Positions 8,722 through 16,952 of a stretch of DNA of 33,731 bases are shown here, piece by piece. The DNA lies in contig JAYOYH010000042.1 of assembly GCA_038153405.1 (NCBI GenBank), positions 1 to 33,731 on the forward strand, given 5' to 3'. The DNA is from Gemmatimonadota bacterium (lineage in GTDB: Bacteria; Latescibacterota; UBA2968; UBA8231). The position numbers were made by a program, and so were the translations under genes. Numbering within the stretch: position 1 is the first letter of the stretch; the number at the start of each line of letters is the position of its first letter. The notes below the pieces were generated by a model. The model ran no database searches and had not been told where the DNA came from. It saw nothing but the letters and a program-made list of their open reading frames with translations.

Positions 8722-8897
8722 GTCTGTGAATGCGTAATTATAATTAAAAGCGTCCATCGTATAGCTTCTCTGCGGTCGTAGCCAGACAATATTATAGGAA
8801 TATGAGCCTTTATTGCCTATTTTAGATAAAAAACAAGCGCCTATTACTTAAAAGAGCCAATAATCACTTTTTTTTGTAAAAAATCAGAAAAAAAGAC

Positions 8898-8926
8898 TTG
8901 TTTTAAATAAAAAAGGCAATTATATT
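8898..8926 (+). promoter_or_regulatory. Putative sigma70-type promoter of the lipoprotein gene
   Basis: TTGTTT-N17-TATATT preceded by long A/T tracts (UP-element-like). Confidence 0.5.
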
Positions 8927-8974
8927 AGGCTTCACAAGATCTTATAGGTAAAAACATAGAGAAATGGATTAAGC

Positions 8975-10792
8975 ATGATGAAGGTCGCCAAGAAAAAAGA
9001 CGGGTTGCTCGGAATGGGGCTACGTTCGTTGGGTTATCTGCTCATTGCATCAGCGATAGTGGCCTGTGGCGATGGAAAAAATCCAATGGTCAGCACCGGC
9101 GATGAGATGGTGGGGCCTGCTGCCAAAAAGGGCGGTGCGGCATCGGCTACCCGTTCCGGTGATGGCGCGGACTCGGACGGTAGCAGTAGCGAGACGGCCT
9201 ATTCGAGCGATGCGGGTAATGGGGCGTTTGCAGGCTACAACGAGACCAATTGCCCCGACTACGGCATAGCAGAGTATACGCTCTGGGCAGGCAAGACGAA
9301 TGATGCAGGCTCGGTGTCCATTACCAACGACGACGAAAATGTATATGTCACCTACAATACGAACGGCACAGCCGATCTAAAAGAGGTGCACGTATATATC
9401 TGGGACGACCTGTCTCAGATTCCCGACAAGCGGCCGGCTCCGGGTCAAGCGGCCCACAAGGCCGAAGATATTTACGCTGATAGCCATACCATCGTCATAC
9501 CGCAGACCAATGCGTGCGGTGAAACCTATTATATTGCTACGCATGCTGCGCTGGTTGGAGATGCTACCGATGGCGACGACGCCGATGACGGGACCGGAAC
9601 CTCCAACGACGGCGAGACGGCCTACGCTGGCGGGTCAAATACGCCCGGTGGGTTCGAAAACGGCAAGGGAGCTTGGTGGGGCTATGTAACGTATTCGGTC
9701 GACTGCTATTTCGACCTAGCGGGTACGGTCTATCTCGACGCCGACGACAGCGGAGATCTAGAGAGCGGAGAGAACGGTTTTGCTGGGATAGAAGTGGTTC
9801 TGAAAGATGCCAATGAAAACATCGTCGCAACGACGACGACCGATGCGCATGGTGACTATCTGTTCGAGCACCTGCCTCGTTTCGGCGAATATAGCGTTGA
9901 AGTTATTGACGGCCCAGCCGATCATATCGCCAACGAAAACGTGGGTGGCGCAGATATTGAACCTCTGGACGACTGCGTTGAAGGTGTAGACTTTGGCTAT
10001 GTTCCGGTCTACGATATCTCGGGCTCGGTCTACGAGGATGACGATTGCGACAGTAGTGTTACGCAGGAAGATGTCGGCCTGGCCGGCGTCACAGTAACCC
10101 TATACGACGGAGAGGGCAGTGAAGTGTCGGTGGCGACGACGGATGCCAACGGGACCTATCTTTTTGAAGATGTCCGCGGCGGCGGTGACTACGGGATACA
10201 GGTCGAGACGCCGGTAGATTACTCGGCCTCGGAAAATAGTGAGGGCGTGGTCATCAGCGGCCTGGATGCCGATCTGACACATGTCAATTTCGGCTTCTGT
10301 CCGCCCTCCGGTCCGGTCGATCCATGCGAAATCGATCCGCAAGCGCCGGGCTGCGGCGGCGGCGGCGGCGGCGGTGGCGACTTTCCGACCTGGGCTCAGG
10401 CGATTTCCCACATCATTCTCGTTTTTACCGTGGATTCCTGTCCCAACTGTAGCGGGATCGATAACGACGGTTATTATACGATAAAGGTCGATGATTGGAA
10501 TGATAGCGCCGGTCGCGATCTGGACAACGAGGTCGACGCCATCTTGGCAGCCTTAGAAGACGAGGGATTGCTCGTCGCTGGTCAGTATGACCTGCTCGGC
10601 TCTTCAATCAAAGGCGGGCAACAAATCACCTCTTTTTACTCCTACGGAACCCACAATGCCAATGGGGAAACAGCCGATGTGCCGCCTCCCGGAATTGGTA
10701 TCACCTACAACGGCACCAAAGACAATGAGGGTAACCAACCTTCTATCGACGAAGTCATAGACCGTTCGGCTTTGGGATTGGATACCGAGTAA
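8975..10792 (+). CDS. Acidic surface lipoprotein with two SdrD_B-like repeats
   Basis: Lipobox AIVA-C. Repeats LAGTVYLDADDSG...VATTTTDAHGDYLFEHL and ISGSVYEDDDCD...VATTDANGTYLFEDV. Pro/Gly linker. Confidence 0.8.
   Translation: MMKVAKKKDGLLGMGLRSLGYLLIASAIVACGDGKNPMVSTGDEMVGPAAKKGGAASATRSGDGADSDGSSSETAYSSDAGNGAFAGYNETNCPDYGIAEYTLWAGKTNDAGSVSITNDDENVYVTYNTNGTADLKEVHVYIWDDLSQIPDKRPAPGQAAHKAEDIYADSHTIVIPQTNACGETYYIATHAALVGDATDGDDADDGTGTSNDGETAYAGGSNTPGGFENGKGAWWGYVTYSVDCYFDLAGTVYLDADDSGDLESGENGFAGIEVVLKDANENIVATTTTDAHGDYLFEHLPRFGEYSVEVIDGPADHIANENVGGADIEPLDDCVEGVDFGYVPVYDISGSVYEDDDCDSSVTQEDVGLAGVTVTLYDGEGSEVSVATTDANGTYLFEDVRGGGDYGIQVETPVDYSASENSEGVVISGLDADLTHVNFGFCPPSGPVDPCEIDPQAPGCGGGGGGGGDFPTWAQAISHIILVFTVDSCPNCSGIDNDGYYTIKVDDWNDSAGRDLDNEVDAILAALEDEGLLVAGQYDLLGSSIKGGQQITSFYSYGTHNANGETADVPPPGIGITYNGTKDNEGNQPSIDEVIDRSALGLDTE
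10355..10378 (+). repeat. (GGC)6-GGT-GGC trinucleotide run encoding a Gly8 linker
   Basis: Read directly from the sequence. Confidence 0.9.
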
Positions 10793-10812
10793 CAGTCTGT
10801 TCGCAGGTTCAA

Positions 10813-10847
10813 AAAAGGCCAGTACCCTATTAGGGTACTGGCCTTTT
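10813..10847. terminator. Bidirectional terminator between convergent lipoprotein gene and uvsE
   Basis: Perfect inverted repeat AAAAGGCCAGTACCCT-ATT-AGGGTACTGGCCTTTT. Confidence 0.88.
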
Positions 10848-10871
10848 CTCGTTTGGTAGTAACGAAGAAGG

Positions 10872-11747
10872 TCAGCTTTGTAGCGGAAATACAGCCTCTT
10901 CCTTGCCTTTCGCTTCCACCATAACATCGACTACCGCCCCGTCGAGGGCATCCACTAATTCGCACCAGTCTTCTGGGGCAATGTAGCGTGCATGGGCTCC
11001 GGCCTGCTTGGTCTTGTCTTGGCTAGAGAGGTGCAGTTTGGGGCGATGCCGCCAAGTAGGCAGGGCCAAGGCAATCGCTTCGCGAAGCGATAGAGAGCCC
11101 GGGTTGAGGCGGTGGTGTAAATTGTCGACGATGGCGCCGACGCCCAGTGCACAGGCGACCTGGACAACTTCGGCTAGCGTCCATACGCGTTCGTCGACTT
11201 CGAGCGCCAAATAGCGATTAACTTCGGTTTCTCTGCTCATAACCTCTATAAAGCGCTGCATGGCGCCCGGTTTGTCGCCGTAGGCTCCACCCAGATGTAA
11301 CACAATTACTCCGTCAACGGCTTGCAGACCATCCAGCACCTTCGCCGTGTAGCGGAGTTCGGCCAGGCTGCGCTCGACCACGTCTGGATCTGGACTGCCC
11401 GGATTGATAAACTGGCCCGGATGCATGGACAGGCGCTGGCCTAATTGGCTGGCGAGTGCGCCTAGTTCCTGTAGGCGTTGGCCGTGTTGGCCAGTCCAAT
11501 CGTAGGGGAAGTCAGGGTGCGACGCAAAGGGTACAAGGTGCTGTCCTACGCGAAAAAGGTCGATGCCGTGCGCGCTGTTCCAGTGCATAATGCGCTCGAG
11601 GTCGCCGAGGTTTTCTTCAACCTTGAGGCGCACTTTATCGGCATCCGCTAAGCTGACGAGTTTGATGCCGCGGTTGGTCGTTGCTGGAATGGACAGATTT
11701 TGGCAGGGATAACCCAGCCGTATAGCTTTTTTCTTAGATCGCTTCAT
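10872..11747 (-). CDS. uvsE: UV DNA damage repair endonuclease UvsE
   Basis: [38 protein letters not shown] and VMVEAKGKE motifs. Confidence 0.93.
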   Translation of the reverse strand: MKRSKKKAIRLGYPCQNLSIPATTNRGIKLVSLADADKVRLKVEENLGDLERIMHWNSAHGIDLFRVGQHLVPFASHPDFPYDWTGQHGQRLQELGALASQLGQRLSMHPGQFINPGSPDPDVVERSLAELRYTAKVLDGLQAVDGVIVLHLGGAYGDKPGAMQRFIEVMSRETEVNRYLALEVDERVWTLAEVVQVACALGVGAIVDNLHHRLNPGSLSLREAIALALPTWRHRPKLHLSSQDKTKQAGAHARYIAPEDWCELVDALDGAVVDVMVEAKGKEEAVFPLQS

Positions 11748-12035
11748 GTTAATCGTCGCGAAGAATAGTTAGCTCGATGGCCAAATGGAAGCGGGCGATA
11801 TACCCATCTCTATGCGCGGAATGTATGTGGGGGATGATCGAAGTCAATCTACGTTTAGGGCTAACCTAAAGCTAGGAGGAGACGCGCAGGCGTTTGATCA
11901 TAAGCGATGGAGGCTTTTCCGCTTGGCTAGGGAGAAAGGCAAATTATGCAGGGCGATATCATGCGTTGACGAAAGGGTCTGTTTTTGGCTATGTACATAC
12001 CCGAGATGTCTTGCGCCCGCACGGGAGAGTACGGT

Positions 12036-12818
12036 ATGGCTTCGCGACGTAATGATGTTGTGTACAATTACATTCACGCCATTGCGTGGATAGGCGTTGT
12101 TGTAGCCGCTGTTGTCGATTTCTTTAATGCACGCGGCCAACTTGGGCGCGGCGTCGACTCAGCCGCCGATATATTCTGGGCGCTGATGAACTTGCTCATT
12201 GCTGGGTATGCCGTGCTGGCGCATCGGGGTCAGTGGCCGCAGGCCGTGGTCATTGGAAGCGGCGCTGCGCTGGTTGCTCTGCTCGCCCTGCTCGGGGAAT
12301 ACCTTGGATCATTCGGTGCGCTGGTCGGTTGGATGGCTACGGCGATCAATGCCTGCGTATCGCTTCTACATCTCTTCTTACAGTTCAAGTATTTTGGTCG
12401 CAGCCCAGCGCGTGTCGCTCCTGCTGAGCGCTCCCCTCAGTTATTGCTGCTCGATGAGGAAAAAAAGCGGGCTCTGGTCGGCAGCGCCAAGGTAAAGTTC
12501 GACGTGGCAATGAATATCATGGGGCGGGCGACGGCTGTGCAGACTAGCACGCAGGGGAGCGGCGCGCATTACGAGGCTGCGGTGGAGCTGCTCGATGCGG
12601 CGTGGCAAGAGCGCTCAGTGGAAGCAAAGTACCAACTGGCTATCCTATACGAAGGGCGCTATGGAGAGGCCATGCGCGATTTGCGCTTGGCAAAGCAAAC
12701 GTACCGCGACCTGCATCTGTATATACAAAGTGCAGAATATAGGAAGAGGTCGAAAGAAGAGCGGCGGGGGCATGAAAAGATGGTCCAGTCAGTGCTGAAA
12801 AAGCTAAAAAAGATATAG
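12036..12818 (+). CDS. Hypothetical membrane protein (about 4 TM) with C-terminal Sel1/TPR-like helix pair
   Basis: Four hydrophobic segments, then SVEAKYQLAILYEGRYGEAMRDLRLAKQTY. ATG at 12036 follows a GGGAGAG RBS. Confidence 0.55.
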   Translation: MASRRNDVVYNYIHAIAWIGVVVAAVVDFFNARGQLGRGVDSAADIFWALMNLLIAGYAVLAHRGQWPQAVVIGSGAALVALLALLGEYLGSFGALVGWMATAINACVSLLHLFLQFKYFGRSPARVAPAERSPQLLLLDEEKKRALVGSAKVKFDVAMNIMGRATAVQTSTQGSGAHYEAAVELLDAAWQERSVEAKYQLAILYEGRYGEAMRDLRLAKQTYRDLHLYIQSAEYRKRSKEERRGHEKMVQSVLKKLKKI

Positions 12819-12830
12819 GAGCTAACACAG

Positions 12831-13781
12831 TTGGCGGCAAAGATACGCATCGCCGAGCGCATGAGCCCTCGGCCTTCAGAAGACGAGTTGACCTACTTCG
12901 AGCAGATGGGGATTGATGCGGCGACGATCTGGACGACGATCGAAGATGCGCATCTAGACTATATGGTCACTACAAAGCAGCAGCTGGCAGAAAGGGGAAT
13001 CGAGCTGTGGAACATCGGCATCCTCGATCTGCACTGCGATCCCGATATGGTGTTGGGTTTGGAGGGCTTTGACGAAAAATTGGCGCAATATAAGGCGTAT
13101 ATTATCAATTTGGGCAAGGCGGGCATTACCTACACGACCTATGCGCACATGGCCAATATCAAAATGCTCGACTATTATCAAACCGAGTTGGGATCGACGC
13201 GGGGTATACCGACTCGCCAGTTCGATCTGGAGCGCGCGCTAAGGTTGCCGTTCTCGCATGAAAGGGCGTACGGGGAGAGTGAGGTGTGGAAGACGCTTCT
13301 GCGCTTTCTGCGCGAGGTCATCCCGGTAGCCGAAGAGGCTGGCGTGCGCATCGGTTTGCACCCAGACGATCCGCCGGTGCCGACGCTGGGCGGTGTAGGG
13401 CGCGTCGTGCGCTCCTTCGCCCATTACGAACAAATCGTCGATTTGGCCGATAGCGATTATTTCGGGCTGTGTTTTTGCGTTGGGAGTTGGGCTGAAGGTG
13501 GCCAGCGCCTGGGCTGCGATGTGTACGAGATGATCGACTATTTTGGCCGGGAGAAAAAGCTCTTCAAGATCCACTTTCGCAACGTCGATAAACCACTGCC
13601 CGTTTTTCGCGAGACGCTGGTAGACGATGGCTATATCGATATGGTGCGGGTTATGGAAGGCCTGGCTGCCGTCGAGTTTGACGGCGCTATTTTACCCGAC
13701 CACGTTCCGGGAGGTAGCCAGCAGGCCGCCTATACAATTGGCTATATGCGCGCCGTGCGCAAAATGGTATGTGGACAATGA
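12831..13781 (+). CDS. uxuA: Mannonate dehydratase (UxuA)-family protein
   Basis: FLREVIPVAEEAGVRIGLHPDDPP, GLCFCVGS, IHFRNV, FRET..DDG.IDM and PDHVP motifs. Substrate not established. Confidence 0.8.
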   Translation: MAAKIRIAERMSPRPSEDELTYFEQMGIDAATIWTTIEDAHLDYMVTTKQQLAERGIELWNIGILDLHCDPDMVLGLEGFDEKLAQYKAYIINLGKAGITYTTYAHMANIKMLDYYQTELGSTRGIPTRQFDLERALRLPFSHERAYGESEVWKTLLRFLREVIPVAEEAGVRIGLHPDDPPVPTLGGVGRVVRSFAHYEQIVDLADSDYFGLCFCVGSWAEGGQRLGCDVYEMIDYFGREKKLFKIHFRNVDKPLPVFRETLVDDGYIDMVRVMEGLAAVEFDGAILPDHVPGGSQQAAYTIGYMRAVRKMVCGQ

Positions 13782-14803
13782 GTGCCCTGCGATTTGGCTT
13801 TTGTGCTCCGATATTTGCAGCCCCTGGCAATCTGAACTTTCGCACCCCCAATTGCCCCGAACTCGATGCTGTGGCAGTGCGGTCGTTAGCCCGGCGGGCC
13901 GATGCGCTGGGATATGACTCGCTGTGGGTTGCAGACCACCTTATGTTGGGCAAAGACGAGGCCATTTTAGAGGGGTGGACTACGCTCTCCGTGCTGGCCG
14001 GCGCTACCCAGCATATCCGCTTGGGCATGATTCATCAGTCCAATGTACTGCGCCACCCGCCCTTGGCAGCCAAGATGGCCGCAACGCTGGATCAGCTGTC
14101 CGCAGGGCGATTGATTCACTTTTTTGACTTGGGCAACAATGCGCGCGAGCACCGCGCCTATGGGTTTGATTGGATAGAAGAGGACGTTCGGCGCGTAGAA
14201 ATGATGGAAGAAGCGCTCGAATACATCGTGGCGCTGTGGACGGCAGAGGGTCCAATCAGCCTTCGCGGCGACTATTATTCAGTGGAAGAAGCAGTCTGTC
14301 GTCCCCAACCGCTACAACAGCCGCATCCTCCCATATGGGTGGGCGAGTGCAAAGCTGGCTTGCTCGATCTGTGTGCGCGCCGTGCCCAAGGGTGGAATTC
14401 AGTGCCGGTTGGCCGCCGTGTATTGGCTGAGCGGTTGGGCGAATTGGAGGCAGCCTGCCGGCGCAATGGCCGCGATATGGACGAGTTGGAATGCAGCTAC
14501 GAAACCCAGATACTCGTTGCCTCCGATCGCACACAGCTGCGGTCAAAGGTGAAGCGCATGCTCGCCCTTAGCGAAAACAGTCCGGATCCCCAGTTGGCTG
14601 ATTTTGTTGAAGGACGCATCCCAACGCTGCCCGTTGGGCTGACCGAGCGCTTTCTCATCGGCACGCCAGACGAGGTGGTAAAACAGATCGAGGCCTATGC
14701 CGAGATCGGTATTGACCACTTTATGCTTTGGTTTATGGACGCGCCAGAGGGGGATGGCTTGGAGCTATTCGCCGAGGAAGTTATGCCCTCTTTTCGAACC
14801 TAG
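13778..14803 (+). CDS. LLM-class flavin-dependent oxidoreductase
   Basis: GYDSLWVADH, RHPPLAAKMAATLDQLSAGR, PQPLQQPHPPIWVG and GTPDEV motifs. ATGA overlap with the uxuA-like gene. Confidence 0.92.
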   Translation: MSALRFGFCAPIFAAPGNLNFRTPNCPELDAVAVRSLARRADALGYDSLWVADHLMLGKDEAILEGWTTLSVLAGATQHIRLGMIHQSNVLRHPPLAAKMAATLDQLSAGRLIHFFDLGNNAREHRAYGFDWIEEDVRRVEMMEEALEYIVALWTAEGPISLRGDYYSVEEAVCRPQPLQQPHPPIWVGECKAGLLDLCARRAQGWNSVPVGRRVLAERLGELEAACRRNGRDMDELECSYETQILVASDRTQLRSKVKRMLALSENSPDPQLADFVEGRIPTLPVGLTERFLIGTPDEVVKQIEAYAEIGIDHFMLWFMDAPEGDGLELFAEEVMPSFRT

Positions 14804-14823
14804 GGCGCTTGCAGGAGGAAGAA

Positions 14824-15192
14824 TCAGGTGGGCAGGTCGAGCACCTTGCGAACCGTGGTAATAATTTCCCGGATTAAAAAGGGTTTCTGAATAACGCCAA
14901 TCGCGCCGAGTTCCTCCCATTCGACGAGCACGCCCGTGACAAAAATAACTTTTATATCGGGGTCGATAAACTGCATTTCTTCCAGCGCATCGTCGCCGTT
15001 TTTGCCCGGCATTTGCATGTCGAGTAGGACCAGGTCGATCTCTTCGTAATGCTCGATAAATATCTCGACAGCTTCGTCGCCGTTGCTGGCCAAAAGGATG
15101 TTAAATGATTCCTCTGCTAGCACCGTGCTGATGGCTTCGCGCACGAGCAGCTCGTCTTCGACAATCAGTATGGTTGGGGCCTGCTCGTTCAT
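14824..15192 (-). CDS. Single-domain response regulator (receiver only)
   Basis: ILIVEDE, LVLLDMQMPGKNG, VTG and IQKPF motifs. ATG at 15192. Confidence 0.92.
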   Translation of the reverse strand: MNEQAPTILIVEDELLVREAISTVLAEESFNILLASNGDEAVEIFIEHYEEIDLVLLDMQMPGKNGDDALEEMQFIDPDIKVIFVTGVLVEWEELGAIGVIQKPFLIREIITTVRKVLDLPT

Positions 15193-15286
15193 AAAGCGGT
15201 CCGGCGAAAAGTGGTTGCGCGGCACACGAATTCACCCTAGGATACGAAATGTAATTCACCTGTCAAGATTATAGAGGAGGAGCTGA

Positions 15287-16090
15287 TTGGACCAGTGGAT
15301 TTTGGGCTGTACTACGCGACCCTACAACGAACTGGGCTGTGAGGAAGCGCTTGTGCGTATCGCTCGAGCGGGTTACGCCCATGCCGCCCTTTTTGCTCAT
15401 CGAGGTGTGCTGCCCGTGCGCAGTGACTGTACGGCCGCTGAAATGGCCCAGCTGCGGCGCGCTGCGGCCGACGCTGGGGTTGTCCCCTCAATGGTTTTGG
15501 GGCGCACGCAGCTCGATGGGGGGGTAGACCATGCGGTGGCCGACTACCGGCGCTTGATCGATCGCGTGGCTGATTTGGGAGCAGGCTGGTTGCTCGATCT
15601 GGGGACGGGTAAGGAGGCGCTTTACGAGGTGTATTTTGAGCTGATGCGCCAAGTGGCACCTTATGCTCAGGAGGCCGGCGTCCACATAACCATGAAACCG
15701 CACGGAGGCATAAGCCTGACGACGGAGCATTTGTTGGAGGCGGTGCGCCGAGTCGATCATCCAGCGTTTGCCATTTCCTATGATCCGGGGAATATAATCT
15801 ATTACACCGCCGGCGAACGGCATCCCGGCGACGATATAGCCGATATTGCGCCACGTGTTTCCACGCTGATCGTCAAAGATTGCGTAGTAGAAGGTGGCAA
15901 GCCCGATGTGATGGTGACACCGGGCCGAGGGCTCGTCGATTTTGCCCTTGTCTGGCGGCGCCTGCGCGAGGGCGGTTTTTCCGGTCCGAGCTATGTCGAA
16001 TGCGTTGCCCCGGGAGAGGGGGCACAGGTCGATCGCGACCTGACCCATACGCTGGGTTTTATGCGCGGAATCACGGCTGCAGTGGGGTGA
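15287..16090 (+). CDS. Sugar phosphate isomerase/epimerase (xylose isomerase-like TIM barrel)
   Basis: MKPHGG, YDPGN, VKD, PGRGLVDF and GFSGPSYVE motifs. GGAGG RBS before TTG. Confidence 0.85.
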   Translation: MDQWILGCTTRPYNELGCEEALVRIARAGYAHAALFAHRGVLPVRSDCTAAEMAQLRRAAADAGVVPSMVLGRTQLDGGVDHAVADYRRLIDRVADLGAGWLLDLGTGKEALYEVYFELMRQVAPYAQEAGVHITMKPHGGISLTTEHLLEAVRRVDHPAFAISYDPGNIIYYTAGERHPGDDIADIAPRVSTLIVKDCVVEGGKPDVMVTPGRGLVDFALVWRRLREGGFSGPSYVECVAPGEGAQVDRDLTHTLGFMRGITAAVG

Positions 16091-16928
16091 GCGGAGGGGG
16101 CGGTTGTTCGTTGAGGCGCCAATCGTAAGGCATGAACGCCAGCTCGAGGTGGGGCTTTTGCACCTGCTGTGCTCGCTCGCCTTCTAGTAAGGGGATGAAG
16201 TAGTTTACCAGCGGATGGCGGGCGGGTGGATTGGCGCGCTGGTCGGGAAACCAGTCGCGAAAATCTTGGCCGTACCAGTCGAGTATTTTTGACAAGAAGA
16301 GCACCTCGCCCTCAATGCGCAGATATTTATCATTGCCGGCAAAGCGCCGCGCTGCATGCTCCAAGGTCTCGTCTAGCGTGGCGCTGTCAAAGGCCCTATT
16401 GGGGAGGGGTGGGCAACTGAGGGCGCCGCAATTAAGGACAAAGTGAATGCGCGGATCTTTAAACTGCGGGCGAATAATTTCGTTTTCTAGCTGGTCTAGG
16501 GTGAGCGCTCGACCGCCGACATTCCACTGCTGGCGATTAAAGAACCCGTTGAACAGCGCGATCTCTTTGACGCTGGTTACGGGGTAGGCATCGACCACTC
16601 CGCGCAGTACCAGCGCGTTGTAGGCGTTGATCCAGTATGCTAAGGCATGAGGAGGCGTGGGAAAGAGAGCCGGATGGGATTGGGGACTGACGGTGGCTAG
16701 CTGTTCGATATAGGCGTCTAGAGCATCCCGGTTTGCCTTGAGTTGGACGTAGTCTACAAGGCCTTGCCCATTTACATGGGCGCTAAGGACGTCGTCTAAA
16801 AGGCGATGGGAAAATGCCTCTTGTGCCGGAAGGGCGTGGGGGAATAGGCAAACTAAGGCCAGCCCAATGCGGTATATTAACGCAGGCAGTGTAGAGGGGG
16901 GCCGTGGGATGGCGATGTGGTGTGGCAT
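16071..16928 (-). CDS. DUF547-domain secreted protein
   Basis: GLVDY, LAYWINAYNA, LTLDQLEN..IR, DPRIHFVLNCGALSCPPL, LSKILDWY and YDWRLN motifs. AAGGAG RBS before ATG at 16928. Confidence 0.9.
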   Translation of the reverse strand: MPHHIAIPRPPSTLPALIYRIGLALVCLFPHALPAQEAFSHRLLDDVLSAHVNGQGLVDYVQLKANRDALDAYIEQLATVSPQSHPALFPTPPHALAYWINAYNALVLRGVVDAYPVTSVKEIALFNGFFNRQQWNVGGRALTLDQLENEIIRPQFKDPRIHFVLNCGALSCPPLPNRAFDSATLDETLEHAARRFAGNDKYLRIEGEVLFLSKILDWYGQDFRDWFPDQRANPPARHPLVNYFIPLLEGERAQQVQKPHLELAFMPYDWRLNEQPPPPLTPLQP

Positions 16929-16952
16929 GGAATTGTACTCCTTTTTGCTACT

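Noticed and set aside
11854..11870. Palindrome TTTAGG-N5-CCTAAA upstream of uvsE as an SOS box
   Set aside because: Single 6-bp arms, no match to LexA boxes I know, and no second copy noticed near the UvrA-like gene.
11785..12140. ORFs 11785-12093 (+) and 11898-12140 (-)
   Set aside because: Overlap the better-supported membrane protein gene and show no motifs.
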